Shown: positions 12,231 to 25,232 of the stretch, piece by piece | How positions within the stretch are numbered: the stretch's first letter is position 1 | Layout of the letters: each line of letters begins with the position of its first letter | Assembly: GCF_006345805.1 (NCBI RefSeq) | Contig: NC_043010.1 | Span: 3,224,001-3,288,000 of the forward strand | Direction: 5' to 3' | DNA from: Octopus sinensis | Lineage: Eukaryota | Length of the DNA: 64,000 nucleotides | Position numbers and translations under genes: made by a program | Notes under the pieces: model-generated | Database searches by the model: none | The model's input: only the letters and a program-made list of their open reading frames with translations | Told to the model about the DNA's origin: nothing

Positions 12231-14471
12231 TACAAGGGTTGATTTGTTCAACTAGAACCCTTCAAAGCAGTGCCCTAGCATGGCTGCACTCCAATGACTG
12301 AAGCAAGTAAAAGAAAAGATAAAAGAACTTGAAAGATGAAAGATAGATTGAATCTTGGCAGGATTTGAACTTGGAATGTAGAAAAAAGAAAACTAAATTT
12401 CCACAGAGTGTATATTTCATCTGGCACTGATACAATTATTTTAGTGTAAGTTCTGAATATACTCAGAAAGAAAACATCCTTCAAATGAAATATTTTATGT
12501 ATTCCTCTATTGTCTTTGACAGTTATGGTGAGGAACATTTATTCAAAAATAAAGCAAAATTTTTGAGGAAAAAGAAAACATCTTCTGAGAGTTAACAGTG
12601 AGGTTTTTAAGATCTTCTTTGCCAATACTTGATTCATTTTATGAACAAATTGAACAAACAACAACAACAACAAGATGAATCCAATATCAGATCAATTAAA
12701 CTGTTTATTTATAAAATTTTACAAAGAAGTTAGAACATCGTGCCAAATATAAACTCAAAACACAGGGGTAAAAATAGCTTCAACAATTTCCTTCAATGCG
12801 TTTCTACTGTTTTGTTTGTTTTTATTTTTCATTTCATTCTTCTTTTCATTTACATTTCATATTTCATGCAAATATTATAAACAGAGTCAATTATTCAACT
12901 TCTTTTTCTTCTCCTCCATTCATTGACATTCATTTTCACCAATTGCCACCAGTAGTCATTATTCTAGGCATGAGACACTGGAGTGACTCTTATAACTATT
13001 TCCAGGGCCATGGGTAAATTTTTGCTCAATGCTGCAAGCTAATGAAATGAAACACTTATCAATTCTTCAGGCTTCCTAAATTTTTTTCTTTTTTTTTCTT
13101 TTTCTTTTTATTAAAAAAAATAACAATAAAAACAAGCTTTGAGATGAAATGTATATGTTTGTTAGCATGACCTATTTATATCTAAGTCTAGTATAACAGA
13201 TCAATGAGAGTTCTGCACCGCAGTTAGGGACACAGCTTGACAGTGGCAATGCTGTGACAATCATGAACCATGAGGCTGAATGATACTCAATTATATTATA
13301 TTTTATTGCAGTGGTCCCCATGCTGTTTTTACTCACAACAGAGCAAACAGAAATATTTTGGTATACACAATACATGAAGTTAAAAAAAAAGAGTATTTAA
13401 ATATTTAGCTGCTGCCTCCCCTCCTTGTTCTCATCCTTGTCCTCCCCTTCACTCCTCCCCTCCTCTCCCCATTCTCCTCCCCTATTCTCCCCCTCTTCCT
13501 CCCTCCTCCTCCTCCTCCTCCTCCTCATCATCATCATCATGATCCCCACCATCGTTGTTATTGTCATTGTCGTTATTGTTTTTGCATTCGCTTTTCCTTG
13601 CTTGTGGAGTTTCACAGAAAACTTGCTGAGGCGAATTTATCTGTAGCTGGATGCTCTTCCTGTTGACAACCCTCATCTGTTTCTGAGCAAGGTAATATTT
13701 TAGAAAAGTGAATAGCTCAGCATTCTATGTGTACAGAGGCTTTGCTTTTCAGTCAACACGAAAATGCCAAGACTAGAATGAAAACATAAACACATACACA
13801 CATGTTCTCACACATTTGTACACACACACACACACACAAACTGTAGGTTCGAATCCTACACCACATGGTCCCACAGAATACTTCTTAACTCCACAGCTAT
13901 TCAGAATTTACTTCTTTATTCAGTATACTGATTTTAAACTTCGGCACAAGGCTATCTATTTTGGGGGAAGAGTTAAGTTGATTACAATGATCACAGCATT
14001 CAACTGTTTCTTATTTTATTAATCCTGAAAGGATGAAAGGCAAAGTTGACCTCAGCAGAATTTGAACTCACTATGTAAAGACAGATGAAATGCCACTAAG
14101 CATTTTGCATGGCATGCTCATAATTCTGCCTGCTTGCTGCCTTACCTTTATTCAATACGTTGATTTCAAATTTTGGCATGAGGTCAACAATTTCAGTGAG
14201 AGAAGAAACTGATTACATTGACCCCCAGTGCCTATTCTATCGAACCAGAAGGGATGAAAGATAAAGTTGACCGCAGCAGAATTTGAACTCAGAATGTAAA
14301 GATGGATGAAACGCCACTAAGCATTTTGTCCAGTGTAACCTTTATCCAACATATTACAAACAAAAGCATGCTCTTGATGATTTTGAGTGGCATTCTCTAA
14401 GCTTAGACATATTAAATGTAAACATATCCTCATTTTATCATTAATACAACGATGTCTCTCTTGTTTTGTAA

Positions 14472-14712
14472 TCTCTCTATATATAAAGAGCAAAATGTCT
14501 GTCTGTGTGTGTGTGTATCCTTTATACAAATCCACAATTATTTAGTTAGAGGGCTCGCACTTTCTATGGTCATTTAAAATCGTCCAAGGATGGTCGTGCA
14601 CATCTTTACATTTCCCTAGTCACCCCACAAAGCCATTAAAAAATCAATAGAAGTGACTCTTTTGTGAATTTTCTATCCAAAACCCAATCAAAGTGCCCGA
14701 AACTTGATACGG
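14472..14712 (+). mobile_element. Helitron-like element, 3'-truncated copy
   Basis: A|TCTCTCTATATATAAA start; aligns with the reverse complement of about 30695-30929. Confidence 0.65.
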
Positions 14713-15318
14713 TTCATATAATTAACTTAACCTCACCCATAAAATTGCTGGTCTTGAGCTAAAAGTTGAAACCATTTTCCTAACACATATAACAGCACTT
14801 TAAGATGTGAGAGTGTCTTATGGCACTCTTTTTGGGAACCACTGCCCTATTGACTCAATCGATAAAGAAATCTTCATTTCTCCAACCCAAACATTGCACA
14901 CAAAATCTTGATTAATAGATCTCAACTGCAGTACTTTTTGTAAATGGTATTTCCAGCAGTTCATTTCCTGCAAACAGTATTCAGCAGAACTTAATGAAAT
15001 GTATTGAGTATGATCAGCAACGGTGAAAAGATTTATATATACATAAAAAATTGGGCTAAAATAAAAAGGTAGTAAAAATCTAGACAGCATTCAAACCAGG
15101 GACAACAATTGTGAGTTAACATAGAGAGCCTTTGTACAGACAGCATCATATAAACAAGCTGAATTGTTAGGGAGTACATTAAAGGGTCATGACTAACATG
15201 ATTGCTTGGAAATGTTGAACAAATTGCTGTTAATTTGACATAAAATCAACAATTTTGACAATCTTTTTCCCTCGGCAGATTTTTACTCAACAATGTCTCT
15301 AATGAAAGAATCTAATAT

Positions 15319-15446
<128 letters not shown>

Positions 15447-15815
15447 TTTGTTGCAACAGCAACTCAAGACTAACTGACAAGGAGCCATGAGCTGTTTAGT
15501 ACAATACGTTCATAATGTAAATGTTTGTTTTTTTAAACAAACAAACAAATAGATTTTTGTTTAGTTTTGTTGTTAGCTTGCTTGCTTGCTAGCTTTTTGT
15601 TTTGGTTTTTCTTTATTTGTTTTCAATCATAAAGTTTTGTTTGTTATAAAAATAAAATAATTAATTTGGAAAAATTTAATTTCTTAGTCATCACAGAAAT
15701 TATGAAATAATGAATAGAAAATGTGATTAAAAGTTGTTGATGCATTAAATATCCTCGAGATACTAAAGGTAAAATGATCTAAAAGAAGTCTAGGAAATAA
15801 ACAACTCTTTCTCTC

Positions 15816-15829
15816 TCACCGACTGAAAC
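15816..15829 (-). CDS. PCDH: Probable terminal coding micro-exon of the protocadherin (G-F-S-R-stop)
   Basis: Acceptor aatattttcAG| at 15830-15831 after a 67-nt intron; phase 1 gives GGT TTC AGT CGG TGA. Unspliced read-through would instead give GMF-stop at 15886. Confidence 0.4.
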
Positions 15830-15896
15830 CTGAAAATATTTGATTCAATTATTTCTCAATAACAGAGAAGCTGAAAAATTAATCTTCAAAACATAC

Positions 15897-16062
15897 CTGG
15901 AAGGGTCTCATAGTGAACTGTGTTTCTTTCTGTGGATCCATGACCACTGTTAGTTGGAGAAGATATTGCTAACATTTCATTGAAGTGGTCGGAGGTCATT
16001 AGCATACGCTGCTGTTCTTCCTTACGAGAACCAGCTGTCACAGCTGCCTCTTGAACACTTAT
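15897..16062 (-). CDS. PCDH: Protocadherin cytoplasmic exon (55 codons + 1 nt)
   Basis: Acceptor tctaacAG| at 16063-16064 and donor ccag|GTATGT at 15896. It is open in phase 0, matching the upstream donor: ISVQEAAVTAGSRKEEQQRMLMTSDHFNEMLAISSPTNSGHGSTERNTVHYETLP. The SGHG...HYE.LP stretch resembles the DSGxG-type conserved protocadherin tail motif. Confidence 0.8.
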
Positions 16063-17018
16063 CTGTTAGAACCGATATATTGAAACATATTATTCAATAT
16101 AAGAGTTGGTAATAGTAGAATATAATGAACCAAACGGCTTTGTGCTACTTGTAATAAGAACTACAGACAATTTTAAATGTAATATATATATAGGTAGGAT
16201 ACAAAGCAATTGGTTCACAGAAATAATAATTTATTAAAAAAAAAACAAAAAAAAACAGCTTTACTAAAGAAGGATATTTTCATTAATTTTACCTTGTTTT
16301 ACTTTTAATAGCAATTATTTCTAAAAGATATAATTCTTTTAATAAATCAATTTTTTGAGATAAATTCTTTAAAATTAATATATTTTAAAATATAAATTTA
16401 ATGCACACTCTCACACACACTTATAAATATTATATATTATAATTACTATGGTACTGAAACGGTACTAACAGAATGAGTCGACTGTTTAGGACAAAATGTA
16501 ATGTTCCTGGTCTGAATGATGGCATTTTTGTCTTATGAATTCATTACCTACAAAAGAGGGCAGTAGATGGGAGATAAGCCATTGATTACTAAGTAAAATA
16601 TATTATTGGAAGCTAAATGCTAAGAAATGGTTTCAAGCCCCGAACAAATATCATCTAATACAGTAATTGTCCAGAAAGTCTTAGATTATCTCCTGTTCAT
16701 ACTAGATTAATTTTGCCAAATTTCTGTAATTTCATTTCTGTTAAATTTCCAACTTATAAATGAGAAAAGTGGCTGATATAATTGTTAGTCAATAAAAGTG
16801 AAATGAAAGAAGAATGTTGATAAGGATTTTCAGCCAGTTTCACTTAATTATCCCCCACTGATTCCCATCAATGACAGTAAAGCTGTAACAAATGAATTGT
16901 GCAATTTATATAAAATAGTACATGTTGAATGTGAAAAAATGTTAGATTTTCTAACAAAGCAGTTTTTCTGAAATGTTAAGGAAATACTAAAGAAAACTAG
17001 AATAAAAGAGATATTTAC

Positions 17019-19397
17019 CTGGTGTGTAACATCTTGGTTATGCAGCCCAGATGAAGATCCTTTCCAACTTTGACCTGGCTTGTAACCAGATTGAACAGTC
17101 CGAGAGATTCTTGTTGAATTGTGATCAGAAATCATGGTTACTGGGGTATTATACTGAGATGACATTGATTCAGAGATATATCCTGATGGTCTCCTTTCTC
17201 CAACAAAATCATTATTTGTGCTGACACCATAACCATATTTTGCATCTCTCTGGTTTTTCCTGTGGACAACACATACTATCACTGAAACTACAATGGCCAC
17301 AGAAACTATCACTGCTGCTACCACAATTATAATCATCAAGTTAATATGAATTCTGTTGTCTGATTCCGTGTCTTCAGCTGTGTACATTCTGGCTGTTGTA
17401 TTGCTAACAGTCAGTGTCAAAGACAGTGTAGTGGTTGCTGTTAAAACTGGAGTGCCACTGTCTTTGACAATGAATTTCAAATCATATGATCCAGCATCAT
17501 TTTGGTAAACTGTACGAGAGAATGACAAAACTCCTGTGTAAGGGTTAACTGTAAATAACTGTTTGTCATTGCCTCCAAGTATTTCATATCTCAGAAAAGC
17601 ATTAGCATGACTGTCTCTGTCAGAAGCTCTCAGAACTGTGATTTCACTTTTTGTCTGCGGATGGTAGTGGACATCTAAACTAAATGGACTCACACTAGGA
17701 AATGTGAAATAGGGTGCATTGTCATTTTTGTCCATGATTTCAACAACTACATTTGCAGTGTTGTTAAGGGAGGGAGTTCCATTGTCTTTCACTAAAGCCT
17801 TAAAATGGTATGTATCTTGTTTTTCATGATCCAAAGATTGAGCTGTTGTAATAAATCCAAAATTGGAAATCTTAAATGGAAGAACATAACCATGCTCATC
17901 AAACAAAGAATACGATAGTTGTCCTCCAAGACCTAAATCAGGATCTGTAGCATTGATAAACCCAACAGGAAAATTGGGTTCTTCATTTTCATAAGTTAAG
18001 AATTTAAATGTGCTTTTTGTAAAGTATGGTTGTACATCATTGACATCCATCACTTCAATAGAAAATTTTCTCTCTGTCTTTAAGGATGGAAATCCCTTAT
18101 CTTCACAGACAATACTTAAGTCCATGTGACTTTCTAATTCCCTATTAACTAGACTTTTGATAACGACTTTATATTTATTTTTCCCCAGACTTTGTAGCAT
18201 AAACTTGTCGTGATTTAGAATACAATCAACTTCTCCATTGTGGCCACTGTCATTATCAATGACCTTCACATAAGCAATGAAACTACCAACTTTCACTCCT
18301 TCTGATATGGAAACCACATTTCCATCCGATTTAGAGACAAATTTCACATCAATCCTTGGAGCATTGTTCTGCTGGTTTAAAACGTTAATAAGAACGATTG
18401 CTGTAGAACTCAATGGAGGACTACCATGATCTGTGGCATCAATGAAAAGTTTATAGGTTTGTCTCTTTTCAAAAGGAAAAATTTTGTGGGGTAAAATTCT
18501 GCCACTTTTGGGATCTAGTTCAAAATATGACTTGACGGAATCTGGTGTTTTGGAATTAAAACTGTAAGAAACTTTGCCATTTTGACCAACATCTTTATCT
18601 TCTGCTAACACAATAGCTACAGGCTGTACTCTTCTATCTTTCTTGTTTATCGAAACATTGTAGATGTTCTGTGTAAAGATAGGCCTACTATCATTCTCAT
18701 CTGTAACAGTTACTCGTACTTTTAAAATACTTTGTTTAGGTGGTGAGCCACCATCCCTTGCAATAACCTCCAAAAGGTAAAAGTCTTTTACTTCTCTATC
18801 AAGCCCCTGCTTCAGAATTATTTCATTTTTCGATGTACCTATCACACTCTTTGACATGGACAGTTTAAAAGGGTCATTTGTATTCTTCAGTACATAAGTT
18901 ATCTGTGAATTCAACACACTCACATCTTTATCAATAGCATTTGGTATTGATTTTGTGGTTCCTTTCCCATCAGTCTCATAAAACTGAAGATCCACTTGAT
19001 GGTGTGAAAATTCAGGTTTGTTATCATTAACATCATCAATAATTACTTTTATTTCAATTATTTTCAAAAAGTATTCTTCTTGTCTCACAGCAATTTCAAC
19101 CATTCTGAAGCACTCGGTATTATATTTACAGAGAGATTCAGCGTCTAAATTCATTGCAGTGCATAGTTTTCCTGTCTTGGAGACATTGAACAGCTGTACG
19201 TCACCGTTTTGACTTTCATGCAGTTGGCTATACGTAATAACACCATTATCTTGAGGTGGAACACTGTCCAATAAATGTCGCTCGTATGAGATGTCGCCAA
19301 CAATAGTTCCTGGTCTTTTGCCTTCCTTCACGTGGTAAGTCAAATCAACACTTTCACACATGACAGTCACAATCAATAATATATATACTTGTAACAT
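17019..19397 (-). CDS. PCDH: Protocadherin, large coding exon (signal peptide, EC1-EC6, TM, proximal cytoplasmic tail; 793 codons)
   Basis: The 856-aa ORF has cadherin motifs DVNDNKPEF, LDRE, DENDSRPIF, DVNDVQPYF, DKNDNAPYF, an EC1 Cys pair (DAESLCKYNTEC) and a hydrophobic TM (INLMIIIVVAAVIVSVAIVVSVIVCVV). The track start at 19418 is TTG; the first ATG is 19397 (MLQVYILLIVTVMC, signal-like). A donor CAG|GTAAAT at 17019/17018 (phase 0) means the last ORF residues are probably intron. The symbol is family-level only. Confidence 0.95.
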
Positions 19398-19435
19398 GTT
19401 TTTGGCTTCAAGATACAAGAAATGTAAAAGGAAAT

Positions 19436-19492
19436 CTGAAAGAGAAAAAATAGAGAAAAATTAAAAAAGAAAGAGAGAGAGAGAGAGAGAAA
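19436..19492 (-). promoter_or_regulatory. Polypyrimidine tract and splice acceptor of the protocadherin large exon
   Basis: The minus strand reads (TC)n..ttttttctctttcAG|atttcc, 38 nt before the ATG. This implies at least one non-coding 5' exon further upstream. Confidence 0.75.
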
Positions 19493-20375
19493 ATGTCGAG
19501 TCTATGATATTTTGTCAATACAAAAGCAATATTTCTCTCTTTAGAAATAACTTTATTTGCTAGCTTCAGGAAAAATGTTTCTAGAATCTAATTGAACAAA
19601 CTACATATATTGGGACAAAACACTCAATAACTCTTATCCCCTCCCTTATACGAACATTTACGTTTGCAGAGGCATTACTGAGACATTCTCTGAATTTATG
19701 TAATTTTGAAGAAAACTTATCTAATTTTCAATAAAGCATTAAACACAAACACACACACACACACACACATGCGTACACACACATACACATATGCATGAAG
19801 CTTGCACATACACTTCTTTTATTACATAACTATTCATGGAGCGTTGAAGTACAGAGAGCACAACATGTATTCACGTATTTTACTTACTACAATGTTTCTT
19901 TCTGGGGTTTTTCACAATATTTAAAACCACATTCCTGTTAATTATTTAGAATAACATCCCTGTTTCAAGAAATAAATCTTCTGGAAAGAACATCAGTCTA
20001 TCTAAGGTAACACCCCACACCTATTTTTAGTGTCATAAAGGAAGAAGGGTAACACATATGGGATTTTTTCAGAGGCTCTGAGACTAGCGGGATTAAGAAA
20101 AGTAAGAAATTATCCTTTGACTAGAGACTTACTCCAAGTGCTCGTTACAGAACAGATTTCTCTAAAGGTTATCAAGGACCAGGTGGTAGTGTTAAATGGG
20201 GCAATGAATTAAGACTGGCACCCAAGAATAGGGATGGCCCCTCACAAGAACATCCACATAGTTTCTTTCTAAAAATTTAACTCCCAATGCTTTCATAAGA
20301 TTGAAAGCAAAAATTCATAGTTGTGAAGCAAACTTCCTAACTCTACAACCAAGCCTATACCCAGGTCAAGTTGTG

Positions 20376-20675
20376 GAGGCACATGGCCTAGTGGTTAGAG
20401 CAGCAAACTCATGGTCGAGGGATCATGGGTTCAAATCTCAGACCAGGCAATGTGTGTGTTTATGAGCGAAACACCTAAGCTCCACACGGTTCCGGCAGAA
20501 GGTAATGGCAAACTTCTGTTGACTCTTTCGCCACAACTTTCTCTCACTCTTTCCTCCTGCATCTAGAAGCTCACCTGCAATGGACTAGCGTCCCATCCAG
20601 GTGGGGAACCTATATGCCAAAAAAACCGGGAAACCGGCCCTTATGAGCCAGGCATGGATCGAGAAGGAACAATCA
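20376..20675 (+). mobile_element. tRNA-derived SINE, third family
   Basis: A box TGGCCTAGTGG, B box GGTTCAAATC, short-repeat tail; about 1 kb upstream of the protocadherin acceptor. Confidence 0.7.
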
Positions 20676-20922
20676 AATCAGGTCAAGTAGCCCTATGATT
20701 GTAAGTATTTCAGCAATGTTCATCCTGTCTTTTTATATATTAGGATGTACATTATCCAATGTGTCCTCCATCCTTTTAAGACAGTACAGAGTAACTCAAG
20801 GAAGATTTGCCTAGTATTTCTAGCAGGACAAGCCACCATGTAGTGGTTCCCTTGTTGGTTCAGTGAACTAGAGCAATATAAAATAGCATGTGATGGTAAC
20901 TTTGTCCTCTATCTCTCCCTCG

Positions 20923-20979
<57 letters not shown>

Positions 20980-21723
20980 CATAATGTTTCAATTAGTATA
21001 TTATCTGGTGGTATTCAGGTATCACAACCATTATTTCAAACGCTCAGGTTCTTAAAGAATAATATATTAGTAAAGCTTTAAGCTCAGTTCTAGCACAAGA
21101 ACATTTACACACATATACGTTCATACATACATGCATGCATCCATCCATCCATCCATCCATCCATCCATCCATCCATCCATAGATACATACATCCATACAT
21201 ACAAACATACATACATACATACATCCATCCATCCATCCATCCATCCATCCATCCATACATACATACATACTTTCATTTATACATGTGTGTGTGTGCATGT
21301 ATTAGAAAATGGATGATAGACCCTCATCTAGATCCTTTGTCATACCAACAAACATACATTTTAGTTTCAAGTAATACCTTGCTCGATTGGTATTTTAAAC
21401 ATGAGCAGCAAGGACATAGCTATTCAGCCCTGTAGGACCTTCTCATTTGTACAAATGTGGAAAATATGTTCACCTTTTGCAGCAGGTGTTACACTATTGT
21501 TTGGTGAACCCTCATGATCAGTCATTTATCAATTTATTTTTACTGTATAACACGAAAGGTAAAATAAACAGCAACATGTTTTGAACTTAGTCCTACAGAG
21601 AGAGGAAACAGAGATATTTTGTCCAGTGTTCTCTCAAACTCTTTTTCCCTCTCCATGTTTTTCTTGCAGCTGTTTAAGTAAAACATCAACCACATCAGTC
21701 TCATTAATAACGTTTGATAACTC

Positions 21724-22148
21724 TTACTCTTTTACTCTTTCACTCTTTTTACTCTTTTACTTGTTTCAGTCATTTGACTGCGGCCATGCTGGAGCACCGC
21801 CTTTAGTCGAGCAAATCGACCCCGGGACTTATTCTTTGTAAGCCCAGTACTTATTCTATCGGTCTTTTTTGCCAAACCGCTAAGTGACGGGGACATAAAC
21901 ACACCAGCATCGGTTGTCAAGCAATGATAGGGGGACAAACACAGACACACAAACATACATGCACATACATATATATACATATATACAACGGGCTTCTTTC
22001 AGTTTCTGTCTAACAAATCCACTCACAAAGCTTTGGTCGGCCCGAGGCTATAGTAGAAGACATTTGCCCAAGGTGCCACGCAGTGGGACTGAACACTGAA
22101 CCATGCGGTTGGTAAGCAAGCTACTTACCACACAGCCACTCCTGCGCC
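21724..22148 (-). mobile_element. Full-length CORE-type SINE (same family as 56.6 kb)
   Basis: Near-identical reverse complement of 56563-56980. Confidence 0.85.
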
Positions 22149-23227
22149 TATAAGGTTTAATTTTTTAAAATTTAGTCTGGAAGAAATAGGTGTGCCTCTA
22201 TCATTCACTGGCTTTTTTGTGACCAGTGAGATTAATGTGATTCATGTTTTTCTTGGAAACTGTAAGATGAGGGCTGTCAGAAAACCATGAGCAAGGAAGG
22301 AATTCCAGAGAACTGGTGTCCTGTTAAGGAAGGGCTGGGAGAAAATTAGTTATTGCTGGGCCTGAATAGGTAGATGCAATATGGATAAATAGAAGAGTAA
22401 AGATAAATAAATGAGTCTGGAGGGGCCATGTGCATTTGGCATAGGATCAGCCAACTCTGGGAGTTAGATACCACTGGAGTAGTGGGGAAATAGCATGTCT
22501 GTGGGTTGGCAGTTGGCAGTTTTTGATGAATGACTTCATGCCAATTAGTCAAAGGGCTCAATCTATTATGTCTGTTACATGTTGTAACAGCATCATTCCA
22601 GATGCTTTTACAGTATTTCATTGTGAATCTCTCTTGAAATTTGTAAGAGATTAAGGGATTTTGAAGGCTGAAGTATTTTCTGGCCCTGAAACAGAAAAGT
22701 AGACTATATGATACAGTCTATGTTGAGCATCTGAAATTGTTAGTAGAGGCTATTATTGCTAAGACCTAGCAGTTAGATTGATCCTTTATGTTATACTTGT
22801 TTCAGCCTTTGGACTGCAGCCAGGCTGGGACACCACCTTGAGGAAGGGGCACTGTCTTGATGGTTAAAGTGGACAGAATTTGTATTTCAAATTTTAATCG
22901 CCTGTGCTACATATACTACATGTCATTCATTTCAGACCAGCTGCCAAATTCTAATACTGTATTTTCCTCAGGGATTGAGATGAAAGCTTTGTCCAAGGAT
23001 ACTACAAAGTAGTGTCTGAGAATAGACATAATGTAGTCAGTCCACTATTTTTCTGCATGGCCCTGTTTATATTAAGAACAATAATATTGTTTTTATGTGT
23101 ACAAGTGTACAAGCAAATGTCTTAGTATATGAATATGGAAGTATGTGTTTATATACATACAAATATACATACATACACATTTATATATATGTGTGTGTGT
23201 GTGTACTTATGCATAATACATTTATTC

Positions 23228-23271
<44 letters not shown>

Positions 23272-25074
23272 GTATATATATATCTTTGTATCTATGATAT
23301 ATATGTTTATGATATATTATTTTTTGTAATTGTAATTGTATGTATTTCTGTCTGTTTCAGTGAGTTGGTGGGTGTATGGCGGCTGCATGGGTGTGCATGT
23401 GTTGATGTGTGTGGATGTATGTGGATGTGTGTGAATGCACGTGAATATATCATAAAGGCATTACTCCGAGCTATTTTTGATAAGTTTGATGCATATGGAT
23501 TGTTTTTCATCTGTCGACACACTGTCCAAATATAAATGCTTCTATACTTGTACAAGTGACCAGTATCTGCATTTTTCTCCCTCTCCAATCGGAATTATTT
23601 CTCCTGAATCCATTATGAGAAATTTTCGTTTTATTCTCGTGCTATGTTCGATGTTGTTGTAATCGAAAGAAATGAATGCATGAATCATATTTGTTATAAA
23701 TGTTGCTCTCTTCTCTCTCTTGTGTTACTGGAAACGTCCGTCCATGTGGCGAGAGCGGTTCGAAATATGTTTGAGATCTATTCTTAGTACATTCTCATTC
23801 CTTCTTCCTCCTTCTCATCTTCTTCCTCCTCCACCACCACCACCACCGCCTGCTCCTACCCAGATGAAAACTTCAGTATGGATGAAGCAAAGAAGTAACA
23901 ACCATGGAATGTAATAATGGAATTATAACAGTGAAGATTAAAATGAGGATGGGGAGGTGGGGGGCAGGGGGGGAGAAAACAGATAAAAAAAAACAAACAA
24001 TAAAATAATCACCAAATCTAATCTGATGGTAAACTCCTGCCTCCCCATCACCAACCACCTCTACTATCAACCACCACCAACACCACCACCACCACCACTA
24101 CCATCTTCCTCCTGCACCTCATCCTCATCATCATCATCATCATCATCATCAGCATCATCATCATTGTTTTCATTATCATTATTATCATCATCATCATCAT
24201 CAGCATCATCATCATTGTTTTCATTATCATTATTATCATCATCATCAGCATCATCTCCCTCACCACTGCCACCACTTACCATCACCATCATTGTCGTCTT
24301 CATAATCATCATTATCATCATTATCGTCATCATCACAACCATCAGCAACAGCAGCAGCAGCACCACCACCACCACCACCATCATCACTACTACTACCACC
24401 ACCAACACTACCACCACCACCACCACCACCACCACCATCACTACCTCCACTACAACAATCAACACCATTCATCACTGCTGCCACCACCACCACCACCACT
24501 TCCACCATCATTGCCACCATTATCATCATCATCATCATCATCAACAACAACAGTTGCAATGACAAATACAAACACTGCAGATACAAAAGAAGTAAAACAA
24601 AAGTCCAATTCCGCTGCAAAAAAAAAACAAACCTACCCACAGACCCCTCTCTCGTAATTAAATACACATTTAAATTAAAGCAACACAGTTATTCAATGAC
24701 ACAGTTACTAGAGTTAAAATAGAACTAAGACTGGCAAAAATGCATTAACTGGGTTTATGTACACATAATTCTTAATACACACTGACATATCTTTTGTTTA
24801 AATTTCTGGGGCTTTTTTTTTTTAATATTCATTATTTCATTCTAGAAAGGGTGGGATAGGTGTGTCAATGCTGGCATTTATATGTTGTTTGGTGCAAGTT
24901 TTCTTTTTTTGTTTTCTTACTATTACCTTATAGCCCCAGGCTGACGAAAGCCTTCTGACTGGGTTTGATGGGCAGGAAATGAAAGAAGCCCCTCGTATGT
25001 GCGTGCATGTGTGCGTGTGTGTGTGTGAGTGTGTGTGTGTGTGAGTGTGTGTGTGTGTACAGACATACATACGT

Positions 25075-25105
<31 letters not shown>

Positions 25106-25232
25106 CATACACACATATAGTAGATGGTTTGTTATGACTGGTCAAAGAGAGACCAATGTTTTTATACCTAAAGCACTTAGCTGTATAGGTGTGAAACCAA
25201 TGGTAGCTTCTTTTTCGGATATATGAACAACT

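Noticed and set aside
14730-15280. Possible hAT transposase/TIR remnants (also about 47640-48100)
   Set aside because: Only single TIR-like ends (GGGAACCACTG, GAGAACAACTG) and faint peptide similarity; cannot be supported without a search.
16848-17018. C-terminal residues of the 856-aa ORF (VNISFILVFFSISL...)
   Set aside because: They begin at a GT donor and are AT-rich and intron-like; an in-phase downstream exon exists.
19398-19418. ORF-track start MYLEAKN
   Set aside because: It is a TTG codon; in a eukaryote the ATG at 19397, followed by a signal peptide, is the plausible start.
20376-20452. tRNA gene
   Set aside because: Has A and B boxes but no complete cloverleaf, and continues into a SINE body; the same applies to the other SINE heads.
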